A stretch of DNA of 64,000 bases, taken from positions 2,398 through 66,397 of the forward strand of contig CACJTU010000006.1 in assembly GCA_902596375.1 (NCBI GenBank), in the 5' to 3' direction. The notes under the pieces are model-generated. The model saw only the letters and a program-made list of their open reading frames with translations. It was not told the origin of the DNA and searched no databases. Of this stretch, positions 29,342 to 39,163 are shown in pieces. Numbering within the stretch: position 1 is the stretch's first letter; every line of letters starts with the position of its first letter. The translations under genes were made by a program, and so were the position numbers. The stretch is from an uncultured Pelagibacteraceae bacterium (GTDB taxonomy: Bacteria > Pseudomonadota > Alphaproteobacteria > Pelagibacterales > Pelagibacteraceae).

Positions 29342-30091
29342 ATGTCGTCAACTAGCAATCCACTCTTAGAAGCTAAAGGAATAACAAAATATTTTGGAAC
29401 TATTACTGCATTAGAAAATGTTAACCTAAAGGTTCATGCTGGAGAATGTTTGGGTGTAGTTGGAGATAACGGAGCAGGAAAATCAACTTTAATGAAAGTT
29501 TTGTCGGGACTTTATAAACCAAGCGCAGGTTCTTTATTTTTCCAAGGCAAAGAAGAAATATTAGAAAGTCCAAGAGACTCTCAAAATTTAGGTTTAGAAA
29601 TGGTTTATCAAGATCTCGCTTTAGCAGGTAATTTACCTATTGGTGAAAATATTTTTTTAGGAAGAGAGCCAACAAAAAATTTAGGAATTTTAAAACTATT
29701 AGACTTTAATAAAATTAAAGAGTTAACAAATGCTCATTTAGATAAGTTAAAAATAAATGTAAAAAGTGCTGATCAAAAAGTAGAGGAACTTTCAGGTGGT
29801 CAAAGACAAGCTGTGGCAATCGCAAGATCAACAGCCTTTAATGCTAAAGTAGTAATTATGGATGAACCGACTGCAGCATTAGCAATCAAAGAAGTTGGTA
29901 AAGTTTTAGATCTTATTAATAGTTTAAAAAAAACAGGTGTTGGAGTGATTGTAATAAGTCATAGAATGGACGATATTTTTACAGTTTGTGATCGTGTTAT
30001 GGCTTTATTCCAAGGAACTAATTTTGCAGAAGCTAGCCTTTCAAATACTTCAAGAGACGAAGTTATTGGATGGATCATGGGTAAAAAATAA
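29342..30091 (+). CDS. Sugar ABC transporter ATP-binding protein
   Basis: [20 protein letters not shown]. Confidence 0.95.
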   Translation: MSSTSNPLLEAKGITKYFGTITALENVNLKVHAGECLGVVGDNGAGKSTLMKVLSGLYKPSAGSLFFQGKEEILESPRDSQNLGLEMVYQDLALAGNLPIGENIFLGREPTKNLGILKLLDFNKIKELTNAHLDKLKINVKSADQKVEELSGGQRQAVAIARSTAFNAKVVIMDEPTAALAIKEVGKVLDLINSLKKTGVGVIVISHRMDDIFTVCDRVMALFQGTNFAEASLSNTSRDEVIGWIMGKK

Positions 30092-30092
30092 T

Positions 30093-31106
30093 ATGGAAGA
30101 TAAAGATAAAAAAATAGAAAGTTTGCACTTAAAATTAATTCCATACTTTGAAAAGTATGGAATACTTCTTTTGTTAGTTCTTATGATTCTGGTAATGCAC
30201 ATTTTACAACCAGATGTGTTTCTTTCATGGAGAAATGTAACCAATGTTTTTAAACAAATATCCTGGCAATCAATGCTAGCTCTAGGAGTATTTATGGTAA
30301 TTGTAACAGCAGGAATTGATCTTTCTGTTGGCTCTATAATGATGTTATCTCTTATGATTTTAGCTGTCGTTGCAAAAGCAGGAGCCCCTTGGTTCATTGT
30401 AGTGCTTACACCATTGATTGCAGGTTTTTTATGCGGGTTATTTAATGGTTTAGGTATTACTTTATTACGGATGCCTCATCCCTTTATAATGACTTTGGGT
30501 ACACTTTATATATTTAGAGGTGCAGGAAATTTAATTTCAGGTGGTACTCCTATTAGTGGTTTTACAGATGAAGTTAGATATTTGGGACATGGAAGAATTG
30601 ATCTTCAGTGGTTAGGGTTAGAAAAATCTCAATATTTACCTGTAAGTTTAGTATTAATTGCAATTGTTTATATAATTTTTTGGATTTTTTTAAATAAGAG
30701 TAAAACTGGTAAATGGATCTATGCAATTGGAGGCAATCCAAATGCAGCTAGAGCTTCAGGAATAAATGTAAATAAAATTTTGATTATTGTTTATTCTTTG
30801 TGTGGTTTTTTATCTGGTATTGGTGCTTTGATTTTAGCTGGAAGAACTGATTCAGGATATCCAAATGCTGGTCTTCAGTCAGAACTCGATGCGATTGCTG
30901 CTTGTATTATTGGTGGAGCAAGTTTTTTTGGAGGAAGAGGAACTGTGCTTGGAGTTTTTGCTGGTGTTATGATTATGGGTATTCTTCGTAATGGATTGAA
31001 CTTAATGGATGTAAGTTCATTTTGGCAACAAGTGTTAATTGGCTCAATTATAGTTTTAGCTGTTTATATTGATGTACTAAGAAGAGATATTGGTACAAGA
31101 AAATAA
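30093..31106 (+). CDS. Sugar (RbsC-like) ABC permease
   Basis: GIDLSVGS, PFIMTLG, YAIGGN..AA..SG, ELDAIAA.IIGG; start moved to ATG 30093. Confidence 0.93.
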   Translation: MEDKDKKIESLHLKLIPYFEKYGILLLLVLMILVMHILQPDVFLSWRNVTNVFKQISWQSMLALGVFMVIVTAGIDLSVGSIMMLSLMILAVVAKAGAPWFIVVLTPLIAGFLCGLFNGLGITLLRMPHPFIMTLGTLYIFRGAGNLISGGTPISGFTDEVRYLGHGRIDLQWLGLEKSQYLPVSLVLIAIVYIIFWIFLNKSKTGKWIYAIGGNPNAARASGINVNKILIIVYSLCGFLSGIGALILAGRTDSGYPNAGLQSELDAIAACIIGGASFFGGRGTVLGVFAGVMIMGILRNGLNLMDVSSFWQQVLIGSIIVLAVYIDVLRRDIGTRK

Positions 31107-31139
31107 TTTACACGTATTAGTTGTTTTTATCTTATTTAG

Positions 31140-31159
31140 AACTGTTCTTATTAACAGTT
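31140..31159. promoter_or_regulatory. 7-bp inverted repeat upstream of the SBP gene, candidate operator
   Basis: AACTGTT-CTTATT-AACAGTT. Confidence 0.3.
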
Positions 31160-31217
31160 GAATTTTTTTTAAAATTTCGATTAAATTTAATTTTAAAAAA
31201 CAACTAAAGGAAAATAT

Positions 31218-32141
31218 ATGAAAAACTTAACAAAAATAATTAGTGTAATTATTACTTCTGTTTTTCTATTAGCAAGTTTTTCAACAGGGGCATTTGCTGG
31301 AAAAAAAATATTATTCAGCATTAAAGGACCTGGATCAGGTAATCCTTTTTGGGCATCTGTAGAAAAAGGAGCTAAAGAAGAAGCAGCAAAATTAGGTGTT
31401 GATTTAGTTTTGGTTGCACCACCACAAGAAGGTGATGTACAAGCTCAGATTAACCAAGTAGAGGATCAGCTTGCAAAAGGTGTTGATGCAATAGCTTTAG
31501 CGCCAGGAGATCCAAATGCTTTTGCTCCAATCGTAGATGATGCTATTAAAAGTGGTGTTCCAGTTGTATTCGTGGATACAAAAGGAATTAATGAAGGAGT
31601 TACTTTTATTGGAACGAACAACATGAATGGTGCAGAGTTAGCTGCTAAATTTATTTGTGATAAAACTCCAAAAGGTTCAGATGTAGCAATTTTAACTGGT
31701 ATTGAATCTCAATCAACAGCTTTGCTTAGAAGAGATGGTGCAATTAAAGGTTTCAAAAATTGTGGTCTAAATATTGTAGCAACTCAAACTGCTGAGTGGG
31801 ATACTGCAAAAGGAAGATCTGTAACTGAGTCAATCATCTTAAAAAATCCAAACATCAAAGCAATATTTGCATCAAACGATAATATGGGCTTAGGCGCTAT
31901 GCAAGCTCTTAAAGATGCAGATATGAATAATGTTATTGTTGTAGGTTTTGATGCTACTCCAGATGCAGCTACGAGTATCTTAAAAGGAGAAATGACAGCA
32001 ACAATTGCACAGTTTTCTTACAACATGGGTGCATATGGAGTTAAATATGCTCTAGAATTAGCTAACGGTGGAAGTATTGATCCGAACATTGATACAGGAA
32101 CACAATTAGTAACAAAAGAAAACGCTAACGATTTTAAATAA
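31218..32141 (+). CDS. Sugar ABC substrate-binding protein (RbsB-like)
   Basis: Signal peptide, NPFW, IGT.N..GA, ASNDNM.LGA, VGFD. Confidence 0.92.
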   Translation: MKNLTKIISVIITSVFLLASFSTGAFAGKKILFSIKGPGSGNPFWASVEKGAKEEAAKLGVDLVLVAPPQEGDVQAQINQVEDQLAKGVDAIALAPGDPNAFAPIVDDAIKSGVPVVFVDTKGINEGVTFIGTNNMNGAELAAKFICDKTPKGSDVAILTGIESQSTALLRRDGAIKGFKNCGLNIVATQTAEWDTAKGRSVTESIILKNPNIKAIFASNDNMGLGAMQALKDADMNNVIVVGFDATPDAATSILKGEMTATIAQFSYNMGAYGVKYALELANGGSIDPNIDTGTQLVTKENANDFK

Positions 32142-32159
32142 TCGATAGATATAAGCTTT

Positions 32160-32197
32160 AAAAAAAAGGGTGGAATTTAATTCCACCCTTTTTTTTT
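32160..32197 (+). terminator. Intrinsic terminator/hairpin after the SBP gene
   Basis: A-run-GGGTGGAA-TTTAA-TTCCACCC-T-run. Confidence 0.85.
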
Positions 32198-32214
32198 ATG
32201 TAATATAATAATTT

Positions 32215-32676
32215 ATGCTTATTAAAATTGATCCAGTTTTAAGCCCTGATTTGCTTTTTCATTTAAGATCTATGGGTCATGGAGAAAAGTTAATATTAGC
32301 TGATGCGAATTTTCCTGCAAATACAACAAATGAAAAAGTAATTAGATTAGATGGAGTAGGGATTAAAGAAGCAGCATCTGCCATACTTTCAGTTTTTCCA
32401 CTTGATAGTTTTATAAATTCAAAGGGAGGGTCTCCAGCTTTAAGGATGGAAGTAGATGACAAACCTGAAGAGTTAACAGAAACTCATAAAGAATTTATTG
32501 ATATTGTAAAAAAAGTCTCTGGCGAAAATTGGAATGTAGGATCAATTTCAAGACAAGAATTTTATGAAGAGGCCAAGAAAGCTTATTGTATAGTTACCAC
32601 AACAGATGCAAGACCGTTTGGATGTTTCATACTTACCAAAGGAGTCATTTTACCTGACGGAAACGTTTGGACTTAA
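32215..32676 (+). CDS. RbsD/FucU-family sugar mutarotase
   Basis: MGHGE.L..ADANFP, FPLD, R..FYE.A, L.KGV. Confidence 0.9.
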   Translation: MLIKIDPVLSPDLLFHLRSMGHGEKLILADANFPANTTNEKVIRLDGVGIKEAASAILSVFPLDSFINSKGGSPALRMEVDDKPEELTETHKEFIDIVKKVSGENWNVGSISRQEFYEEAKKAYCIVTTTDARPFGCFILTKGVILPDGNVWT

Positions 32677-32679
32677 AAA

Positions 32680-33594
32680 ATGAAAACTATATCAGTGTTT
32701 GGTGTATTTGTAGCAGACCTTTGCTTTATAGCTAATGCGATCCCTGAAAAAGGTCAAACAATTCTAGGTTCACAACACATTGTTGGACCAGGTGGAAAAG
32801 GATCAAATCAAGCAATAGCTGCAGCTAAATTAAACGGCAAAGTAAATTTTATAACAAAAATAGGTAATGACAAAAATGGTGAGATGGCTTTAAATTTATA
32901 CAAATCATTTGGCATGGATATTGCTTCTATTATTCAAGATAAAAATCACTCAACTGGAGTTGCAGGAATAATGGTCAATGAAAAAACAGGACACAACGCA
33001 ATAAATATTATACCAGGTGCTGCTGGAACACTAACCAATGATGATATTGAAAAAAATTTAAATTATATTGCAAATACAGATATATTTTTAACACAACTAG
33101 AAACGCCATATGAGGTTACGAAATATGCATTGAAGAAAGCTAAAGAAAATAAATTGACCACAATATTAAATCCAGCACCCGCATGCCAAATTAATGATGA
33201 TGATTTTAAATTAATTGATTTTTTTACACCTAATGAAACTGAGGCTGAATTTTATTTAAATAAAAAAATTGAAACTGAAAAAGATATAAAAATTGCCTCA
33301 GAGGAATTTTTAAAAAAAGGTATTAAAAACATAGTTATTACTTTAGGTGAAAAAGGATGTTATTTTGCAAATGATAAAGAAAATTTTTTCATGAATGCAT
33401 TTAAACTTAAACAACCAGTCGTTGATACTACTGGTGCAGGAGATGCTTTCAACGGTGCTTTAGCTGTTGGGTTATCAAAAGATTTAGAAATTAAAGAAGT
33501 ACTCACTTTTGCGAATAAGGTAGGAGCAATTTCAACTACAAAACAAGGCGCAGCAGCTTCAATGCCATCAATGGAAGATTTAAATAATTATTAA
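32680..33594 (+). CDS. rbsK: Ribokinase (PfkB family)
   Basis: PGGKGSNQA, QLE, NPAP, PNETEA, DTTGAGDAFNG. Confidence 0.88.
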   Translation: MKTISVFGVFVADLCFIANAIPEKGQTILGSQHIVGPGGKGSNQAIAAAKLNGKVNFITKIGNDKNGEMALNLYKSFGMDIASIIQDKNHSTGVAGIMVNEKTGHNAINIIPGAAGTLTNDDIEKNLNYIANTDIFLTQLETPYEVTKYALKKAKENKLTTILNPAPACQINDDDFKLIDFFTPNETEAEFYLNKKIETEKDIKIASEEFLKKGIKNIVITLGEKGCYFANDKENFFMNAFKLKQPVVDTTGAGDAFNGALAVGLSKDLEIKEVLTFANKVGAISTTKQGAAASMPSMEDLNNY

Positions 33595-33608
33595 TACTAT
33601 TTCCAAAA

Positions 33609-34370
33609 ATGAAAACTGAATATTTTGATCTTAAAAATAAAAGAGCTTTAGTTTCAGGTGGAGCTTCAGGAATTGGATCATCAATTGTTGAACATCTTTG
33701 TGAGCAAGGAGTTGAAGTATATTTTTTTGATATTAATAAAAATGAAGCAAAAAAAACTATAAATAAAATTAAAAAGAAAAAATTTAAAACCCCTTCATTT
33801 GTAGAATGTAACATTAAAAATATTAAAAAATATAAATCATCAATTTTAAACATTATTAAAAAACAGGGTCCTATTGACATTTTAGTTAATAATGCCTCTA
33901 ACGACCAAAGACATAGTTTAGAGAAAATTACAGAAAAATATTGGGATGATAGAATGGCGATTAATTTAAAGCATTATTTGTTTGCAATACAGTCAGTTAA
34001 AAAAAGTATGATAAAAAACAAAGGTGGATCAATAATAAATTTAGGTTCTGTTAGTTGGGTTAGAGGAGCAGTAATGTTCCCAGCATATAGTACTGCAAAA
34101 GCAGGAATTCATGGATTGACCAGATCTTTGGCAAGAGATTTAGGAAAACATAATATAAGAATTAACTCGATTTCACCTGGTTCAATCGCAACAGCAAGAC
34201 AATCCAAATTGTGGCTCAATTCAAAATTTAAAAAGGAAATATTAAAAAATCAGGCTTTAAAAAAACAATTATTACCTGAAGATGTTTCAAAAATGGTTTT
34301 ATTCTTAGCATCTGATGTTTCATCAGGATGTACAAAACAAAACTTTACAGTGGACGCAGGATTAATTTAG
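33609..34370 (+). CDS. SDR sugar dehydrogenase (Caulobacter XylB-type aldose dehydrogenase-like)
   Basis: SGGASGIG, NNASNDQRH, NL.H, YSTAK, T.RQ..LW. Confidence 0.85.
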   Translation: MKTEYFDLKNKRALVSGGASGIGSSIVEHLCEQGVEVYFFDINKNEAKKTINKIKKKKFKTPSFVECNIKNIKKYKSSILNIIKKQGPIDILVNNASNDQRHSLEKITEKYWDDRMAINLKHYLFAIQSVKKSMIKNKGGSIINLGSVSWVRGAVMFPAYSTAKAGIHGLTRSLARDLGKHNIRINSISPGSIATARQSKLWLNSKFKKEILKNQALKKQLLPEDVSKMVLFLASDVSSGCTKQNFTVDAGLI

Positions 34371-35362
34371 TTTTTTTTATTTTGCGACATCGACAAAGCA
34401 ATTTTAAAAGAATTTAAAATTGGATCTAAGTTAGCCTCATTTTTTCCTGCAATAGCAAATGCAGACCCATGAGCAGTAGTCGTTACTGGCACGGTTAATC
34501 CACCCTGAACTGTTACTCCTCTATCAAAACCAAATGCCTTAAGACCGGATTGTAATGCATCATGATACATTCCAACCATACAATCATGATTTTTATTTTT
34601 GTAAGCTACAACAAATGATGTATCACATGGTAACGGACCATCAACATTGTAACCAAGTTTTTTTGCTTCCTCAATCGCAGGAATAATTTCATCTTTTTCT
34701 TCTGTGCCAAACTCTGCATGAGGATTAAGTGCTTGAATAGCAATTCGAGGATTTTTTACACCATTTAGCTCCATAACCTCATTTATTAATTTAATAGGCT
34801 TCATTATATTTTCTTTAGTAATGTGTTGAGCAACTTCTTTAATCGGAATATGAGATGTTACTCTTGCCGTCCAAAAATTATCTATTACATTAAACTCGCA
34901 ACAAAAACTACTTACTTCAAGTTTTTCAGCCATTAACTGTAATTCATCTGAATGTTTGTTGCCTCCAAGTTTTAAACTTGTCTTATTCATAGGCGCAAAA
35001 TTAATTGCATCTATTTTTTTTTCCTTAGCAAGAGTTAAAGCTAAATCTAAAGCTTGTAATACGCTTTCTCCAGATTCTTTTGATGGTTCCGCTAATTTAT
35101 ATTTATGATTTTTTCCTTTAGAAATATCTAATAAAAATCTATTTGCTTTATCAAAATTTACCTCATCAAAATTTTCTACAACATCTATATTATGTGAAAT
35201 TCCTGTAATACTATTTCCACTTTCAAATACTTGCTTTTCACCAATTATGACAATGTTTGCTTTTTTTGTCATCTCATCATTTAAAAGCTTTGAAATTAAT
35301 TCTGGTCCAATCCCAGCTGGATCACCAAGTAGAAGAGCAATGTTAGATTTATTTTCAGTCAT
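34367..35362 (-). CDS. PdxA-family decarboxylating dehydrogenase (PdxA2-like)
   Basis: GDPAGIGPE, VTSHIP, NPH, GP.P.DT, MYHD, HGSAF.IAGK. Confidence 0.88.
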   Translation of the reverse strand: MTENKSNIALLLGDPAGIGPELISKLLNDEMTKKANIVIIGEKQVFESGNSITGISHNIDVVENFDEVNFDKANRFLLDISKGKNHKYKLAEPSKESGESVLQALDLALTLAKEKKIDAINFAPMNKTSLKLGGNKHSDELQLMAEKLEVSSFCCEFNVIDNFWTARVTSHIPIKEVAQHITKENIMKPIKLINEVMELNGVKNPRIAIQALNPHAEFGTEEKDEIIPAIEEAKKLGYNVDGPLPCDTSFVVAYKNKNHDCMVGMYHDALQSGLKAFGFDRGVTVQGGLTVPVTTTAHGSAFAIAGKNEANLDPILNSFKIALSMSQNKKN

Positions 35363-35431
35363 TTTTTTCTTTACGTCTTGTAGCAGATTATGTTTAAATT
35401 ATTAAATATAAATTAACTAAAGAGGGAAATA

Positions 35432-36406
35432 ATGAAAAAAAGCTTTAAACTATTTTTAGCAGCTGCTTTTCTAGTAACTGAATTTTTTGTTGTAGCTCTT
35501 CCATTAATGATCACATCAGCTAAAGCTGATGGTCACCCAATACAAGCGATTACACACGCTGGTTTTGGCGGTGGAACTGACGTTACTACTAGAATGATGT
35601 TATTAAGAGCAAGAAGAGTCCTTAAGCAAGACATGCAATTAGTAAACAAAAAAGGTGGTGGTGGGGCCGCATCTATGGATTATATGATGTCTTTACCAGC
35701 TGATGGAAATCACACTTTAACTTGGACAACAGGTCATGCTGTTTCTATGGCTTTAGGAAAAACTAAAGTTAAGTTAAGCGATATGCAACCACTTGCTAGA
35801 GGAACAGATGACCCTCAGTTATTTGTTGTAAATTGTAAAAACGACATCAAAGATGCAAAAAAATTTATTAGCACTCAAAAATCAAAATCATTAAAATATG
35901 GAACTACTCACACTGGTGGTATTGATGATGTTAGTGCAATAGCATTTACAAAAAAAGGTGGACTAAAAGATCCAACTATAGTTGCTTACAAAGGTGTTGC
36001 GCCAATTAAAACTAACCTAATCAAAGGAGATATAGACGTAGGTGTTTTAAACTTAGGTGAAGCATTGACTGAAATTAATGAAGGTAAACTTTGTGTTTCA
36101 GTTGTATTGGCAAACAATAGAATGGCTAAAATTGGAGACTCTCCAACAGCAAAAGAACTAGGTATACCTGTTTCTTTATCTACTGTTAGAGGTTTCGTAA
36201 CTAAAAAAGGTGCTCCAGCAGACAGAGTAAAACAATTAGAAGCTGGAATGATGAAAGCTATGAGCCACAATTACTATAAAAATTTCTTAACAGAAATTGG
36301 TCTTGATGAGACAAGTGTAGTAGGTGCAGATGAATGGGGTAAGCAAATGGAAGAAATGCTTGCTGAGATGACTGCGCAGCTTAAAGCTTTAGGTTACATT
36401 AACTAA
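35432..36406 (+). CDS. tctC: Tripartite tricarboxylate transporter substrate-binding protein (TctC/Bug)
   Basis: GGGTD, N..GGGG, PTAKELG, RG...K.G.P. Confidence 0.88.
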   Translation: MKKSFKLFLAAAFLVTEFFVVALPLMITSAKADGHPIQAITHAGFGGGTDVTTRMMLLRARRVLKQDMQLVNKKGGGGAASMDYMMSLPADGNHTLTWTTGHAVSMALGKTKVKLSDMQPLARGTDDPQLFVVNCKNDIKDAKKFISTQKSKSLKYGTTHTGGIDDVSAIAFTKKGGLKDPTIVAYKGVAPIKTNLIKGDIDVGVLNLGEALTEINEGKLCVSVVLANNRMAKIGDSPTAKELGIPVSLSTVRGFVTKKGAPADRVKQLEAGMMKAMSHNYYKNFLTEIGLDETSVVGADEWGKQMEEMLAEMTAQLKALGYIN

Positions 36407-36429
36407 TCTAATCAAAAGTACATTTGAAT

Positions 36430-36936
36430 ATGAAAAATGTACAAAAACAAAAAAGGGCAAACAAAAGTTTGCCCTTTTTTTTTAGAGATGAGTTTAGAGT
36501 TTCTCTTGTAATTATTTTAGTATCTGTAGCGTTATTAATCACAACTTTTACTTTTGATATTGTTCCTCCTATTTTAAATAGAGGAATACAGCCAGCAACA
36601 TTTCCAAAAGCACTTTTGGTCTTAATAATAGTAATGACATTGTTAATCTATTATTTGGCAACTAAAAATCCTTGGAAAGTTGAAAAAAAATTACCAGGAT
36701 CATTTTTTCTAACTTTATCAAGTTTTGTTATTTTTGTAGTAGTTTCTAAAACACTTGATTTCTTTTTAGCAATCTCAGCTTTATCTATCTTTGTTTCTTA
36801 TTGTTGGGGAGAAAAAAGATTATTTTATTTATTACTAGTTGGGATTATTTTCCCAATTATTGTTTTTATATTTTTTGAAACTATTTTAGGTTTAAGATTT
36901 CCTCCAGGACTAATTACTAACATTTACTATAGTTAA
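36430..36936 (+). CDS. tctB: TTT small membrane subunit
   Basis: P.TFP motif, about four TM segments, F...LG..FP.G C-terminus; start uncertain. Confidence 0.8.
   Translation: MKNVQKQKRANKSLPFFFRDEFRVSLVIILVSVALLITTFTFDIVPPILNRGIQPATFPKALLVLIIVMTLLIYYLATKNPWKVEKKLPGSFFLTLSSFVIFVVVSKTLDFFLAISALSIFVSYCWGEKRLFYLLLVGIIFPIIVFIFFETILGLRFPPGLITNIYYS
36451..36483 (+). terminator. Terminator-like hairpin inside the tctB 5' end
   Basis: AAAAGGGCAAAC-AAAA-GTTTGCCC followed by a long T run. Confidence 0.7.
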
Positions 36937-38415
36937 ATGGATAATTTATTATTAATGCTGGCACCACTTTTCAGTTCTAAACTATTATTAGTTTTATTTT
37001 TTGGAACTTTATTTGGTTTGATATTAGGTGTGTTGCCAGGGTTAGGACCAACAACAGGTGGAGCATTGATCTTACCTTTCACAATGACTCTAGATCCATT
37101 ATCTGCAATTGTTTTATTAACTTCCATTTATTGTGCAGGAACCTATGGTGGTGCAATAACTGCTGTACTTATTAATACACCGGGGACCCCAGCTGCTGCT
37201 GCCACTTGTTTAGATGGCTATCCTTTAGCACAAAAAGGCGAAGCTGGAAGAGCTTTAGGTATGGCAACAGTTTCAAGTACTGTTGGAGGTATTTTTAGTG
37301 TTGTTATATTAGTTTTCTTTGCTCCTATACTAGCACAACTTGCTTATGAGTTTGGTCAGCCAGAATATTTTGCATTAGCAATATTTGGTTTAACGATGCT
37401 TGCTTCAATAGGTGAAGGTAGTCCAATTAAAAATTTAATCGCAGGTGCATTTGGAATATTGATTTCTACAGTAGGTAAAGATTTTATGACTTCAATTGAT
37501 CGTTTTACTTTTGGGATCAATGAATTAACTGAAGGAATAGGATTTATACCAGTAGTGGTTGGACTTTTTGCAATGAGTGAAATGTTAACTCAATCAACTT
37601 TAATCAATCAAGTGTTTAACAGAATAGCTTTAAAAGCAATTAAGCTTCCTAGCAAAGATGATTATAAGAAAACTTGGAAAACAATACTACGATCAAGTGG
37701 GATTGGATCATTTATTGGAGTTCTTCCTGCAGAAGGTGGAACAGTTGCATCCTTAATCGGTTATTCTGAAGCAAAGAGATTTTCAAAAAATCCAGAAGAA
37801 TTTGGAAAAGGATCTATTGAAGGTATTGCTGGAGCAGAAGCGGCAAATAATGCAGCAACAGGAGGTGCGATGGTTCCAACCTTAGCTCTTGGTATTCCTG
37901 GTAGTGCAACAACAGCAGTTATTCTAACTGGATTAATTATCCATGGTGTTAGACCTGGTCCAGATTTATTTAGAGAACAACCAGATTTCTTATACGGAAT
38001 ATTTGGTGCCATGTTGATTGCGAATATTCTATTTTTTATTTTTGGATTTTTTGGAGCAAAAATATTTGCAAGAATAACTTTAGTTCCAAATAAAATTTTA
38101 TGGCCAATGATATTTGCAGTTTCAGTATGCGGAACTTATTCTTTAAATCAATCCATAATAGATGTTTGGATAATGTTATTCTTTGGAGTGCTAGGTTTCT
38201 TTATGAGAAGATATGGCTTTTCAGTAGTACCAGTTATTATTGGATTAATTTTGGGTGAGTTAGTTGAAGGAACTTTAAGACAATCTCTAGTTATATTTGA
38301 TGGTAATTGGCTGATGTTTTTCACAAGACCAATTGCTTTAACATTCTTTATTTTGTCTTTAATTGCTTTGGCTTTTCCTTTAATAAGATCGAGGAAAATA
38401 AAAAAAAAACAATGA
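36937..38415 (+). CDS. tctA: TTT large membrane subunit
   Basis: LPGLG, YGG.I.A.L.NTPG, DGYP.A.KG, E.ANNA, LGIPGS. Confidence 0.95.
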   Translation: MDNLLLMLAPLFSSKLLLVLFFGTLFGLILGVLPGLGPTTGGALILPFTMTLDPLSAIVLLTSIYCAGTYGGAITAVLINTPGTPAAAATCLDGYPLAQKGEAGRALGMATVSSTVGGIFSVVILVFFAPILAQLAYEFGQPEYFALAIFGLTMLASIGEGSPIKNLIAGAFGILISTVGKDFMTSIDRFTFGINELTEGIGFIPVVVGLFAMSEMLTQSTLINQVFNRIALKAIKLPSKDDYKKTWKTILRSSGIGSFIGVLPAEGGTVASLIGYSEAKRFSKNPEEFGKGSIEGIAGAEAANNAATGGAMVPTLALGIPGSATTAVILTGLIIHGVRPGPDLFREQPDFLYGIFGAMLIANILFFIFGFFGAKIFARITLVPNKILWPMIFAVSVCGTYSLNQSIIDVWIMLFFGVLGFFMRRYGFSVVPVIIGLILGELVEGTLRQSLVIFDGNWLMFFTRPIALTFFILSLIALAFPLIRSRKIKKKQ

Positions 38416-39161
38416 TTAAGTACGATTTAAATGATCGAGTGGCAGTTGTTACTGGTGGAGCCCAAGGTTTTGGTCTAGCAATAACTGAAAGATTTATTGA
38501 AGCAGGAGCTAAAGTTGTAATTTGGGATATTGATGAGAATGCCGCTAAAGAAGCGATTGATAAAGTTAAATCAGAAAACCTAAGTTATCAGGTAGTAGAC
38601 GTAACTAATTTTGAAATAGTAAATAAAAATTTAGGAGAAGTGGAGAAAAAATATGGAAAAATAGATATTTTTGTCAATAACGCAGGTATTGCAGGTATGA
38701 ATACTACTGTCGCTGAATATCCATTAGATGAATGGAAAAAAGTAATGAACTTAAATTTAAATTCAGTTTTCTATTGTTGTAAAGCAGTTGTTCCGTTCAT
38801 GTTAAAAAATGACTACGGTAGAATAGTAAACATCGCATCTATTGCAGGAAAAGAGGGCAATCCTAATGCGAGTGCATATAGTACTTCTAAGGCTGGTGTT
38901 ATCGGTTTAACAAAATCTCTAGGTAAAGAACTTGCCCAAAAAAATATAGCTGTAAATTGCGTAACTCCAGCAGCAGCTAAAACAAGAATTTTTGATCAAA
39001 TGACTGAAGAACATATAAATTATATGTTATCAAAAATTCCAAGAAACAAATTTGCAAAAGTTGAAGAATTAGCTTCATTAGTAACTTGGTTAGCTAGTGA
39101 AGAAAATTCATTTTCGACAGCTGCAGTTTTTGATTTAAGTGGTGGAAGAGCTACATATTAG
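38412..39161 (+). CDS. SDR oxidoreductase (FabG-like; possibly a keto-deoxy sugar-acid dehydrogenase)
   Basis: TGGAQGFG, NNAG, SIAGKEGNPNASAYSTSK, FDLSGGRATY; start moved to ATG 38412. Confidence 0.85.
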   Translation: MIKYDLNDRVAVVTGGAQGFGLAITERFIEAGAKVVIWDIDENAAKEAIDKVKSENLSYQVVDVTNFEIVNKNLGEVEKKYGKIDIFVNNAGIAGMNTTVAEYPLDEWKKVMNLNLNSVFYCCKAVVPFMLKNDYGRIVNIASIAGKEGNPNASAYSTSKAGVIGLTKSLGKELAQKNIAVNCVTPAAAKTRIFDQMTEEHINYMLSKIPRNKFAKVEELASLVTWLASEENSFSTAAVFDLSGGRATY

Positions 39162-39163
39162 TT

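Noticed and set aside
32680-33594. PfkB kinase as the missing IolC
   Set aside because: It has ribokinase-specific motifs (GGKGSNQA, QLE, NPAP, PNETE) and sits with an RbsD/FucU gene.
34367-35362. pdxA for vitamin B6 synthesis
   Set aside because: No surA/ksgA context, altered motifs, and a transporter neighbourhood.
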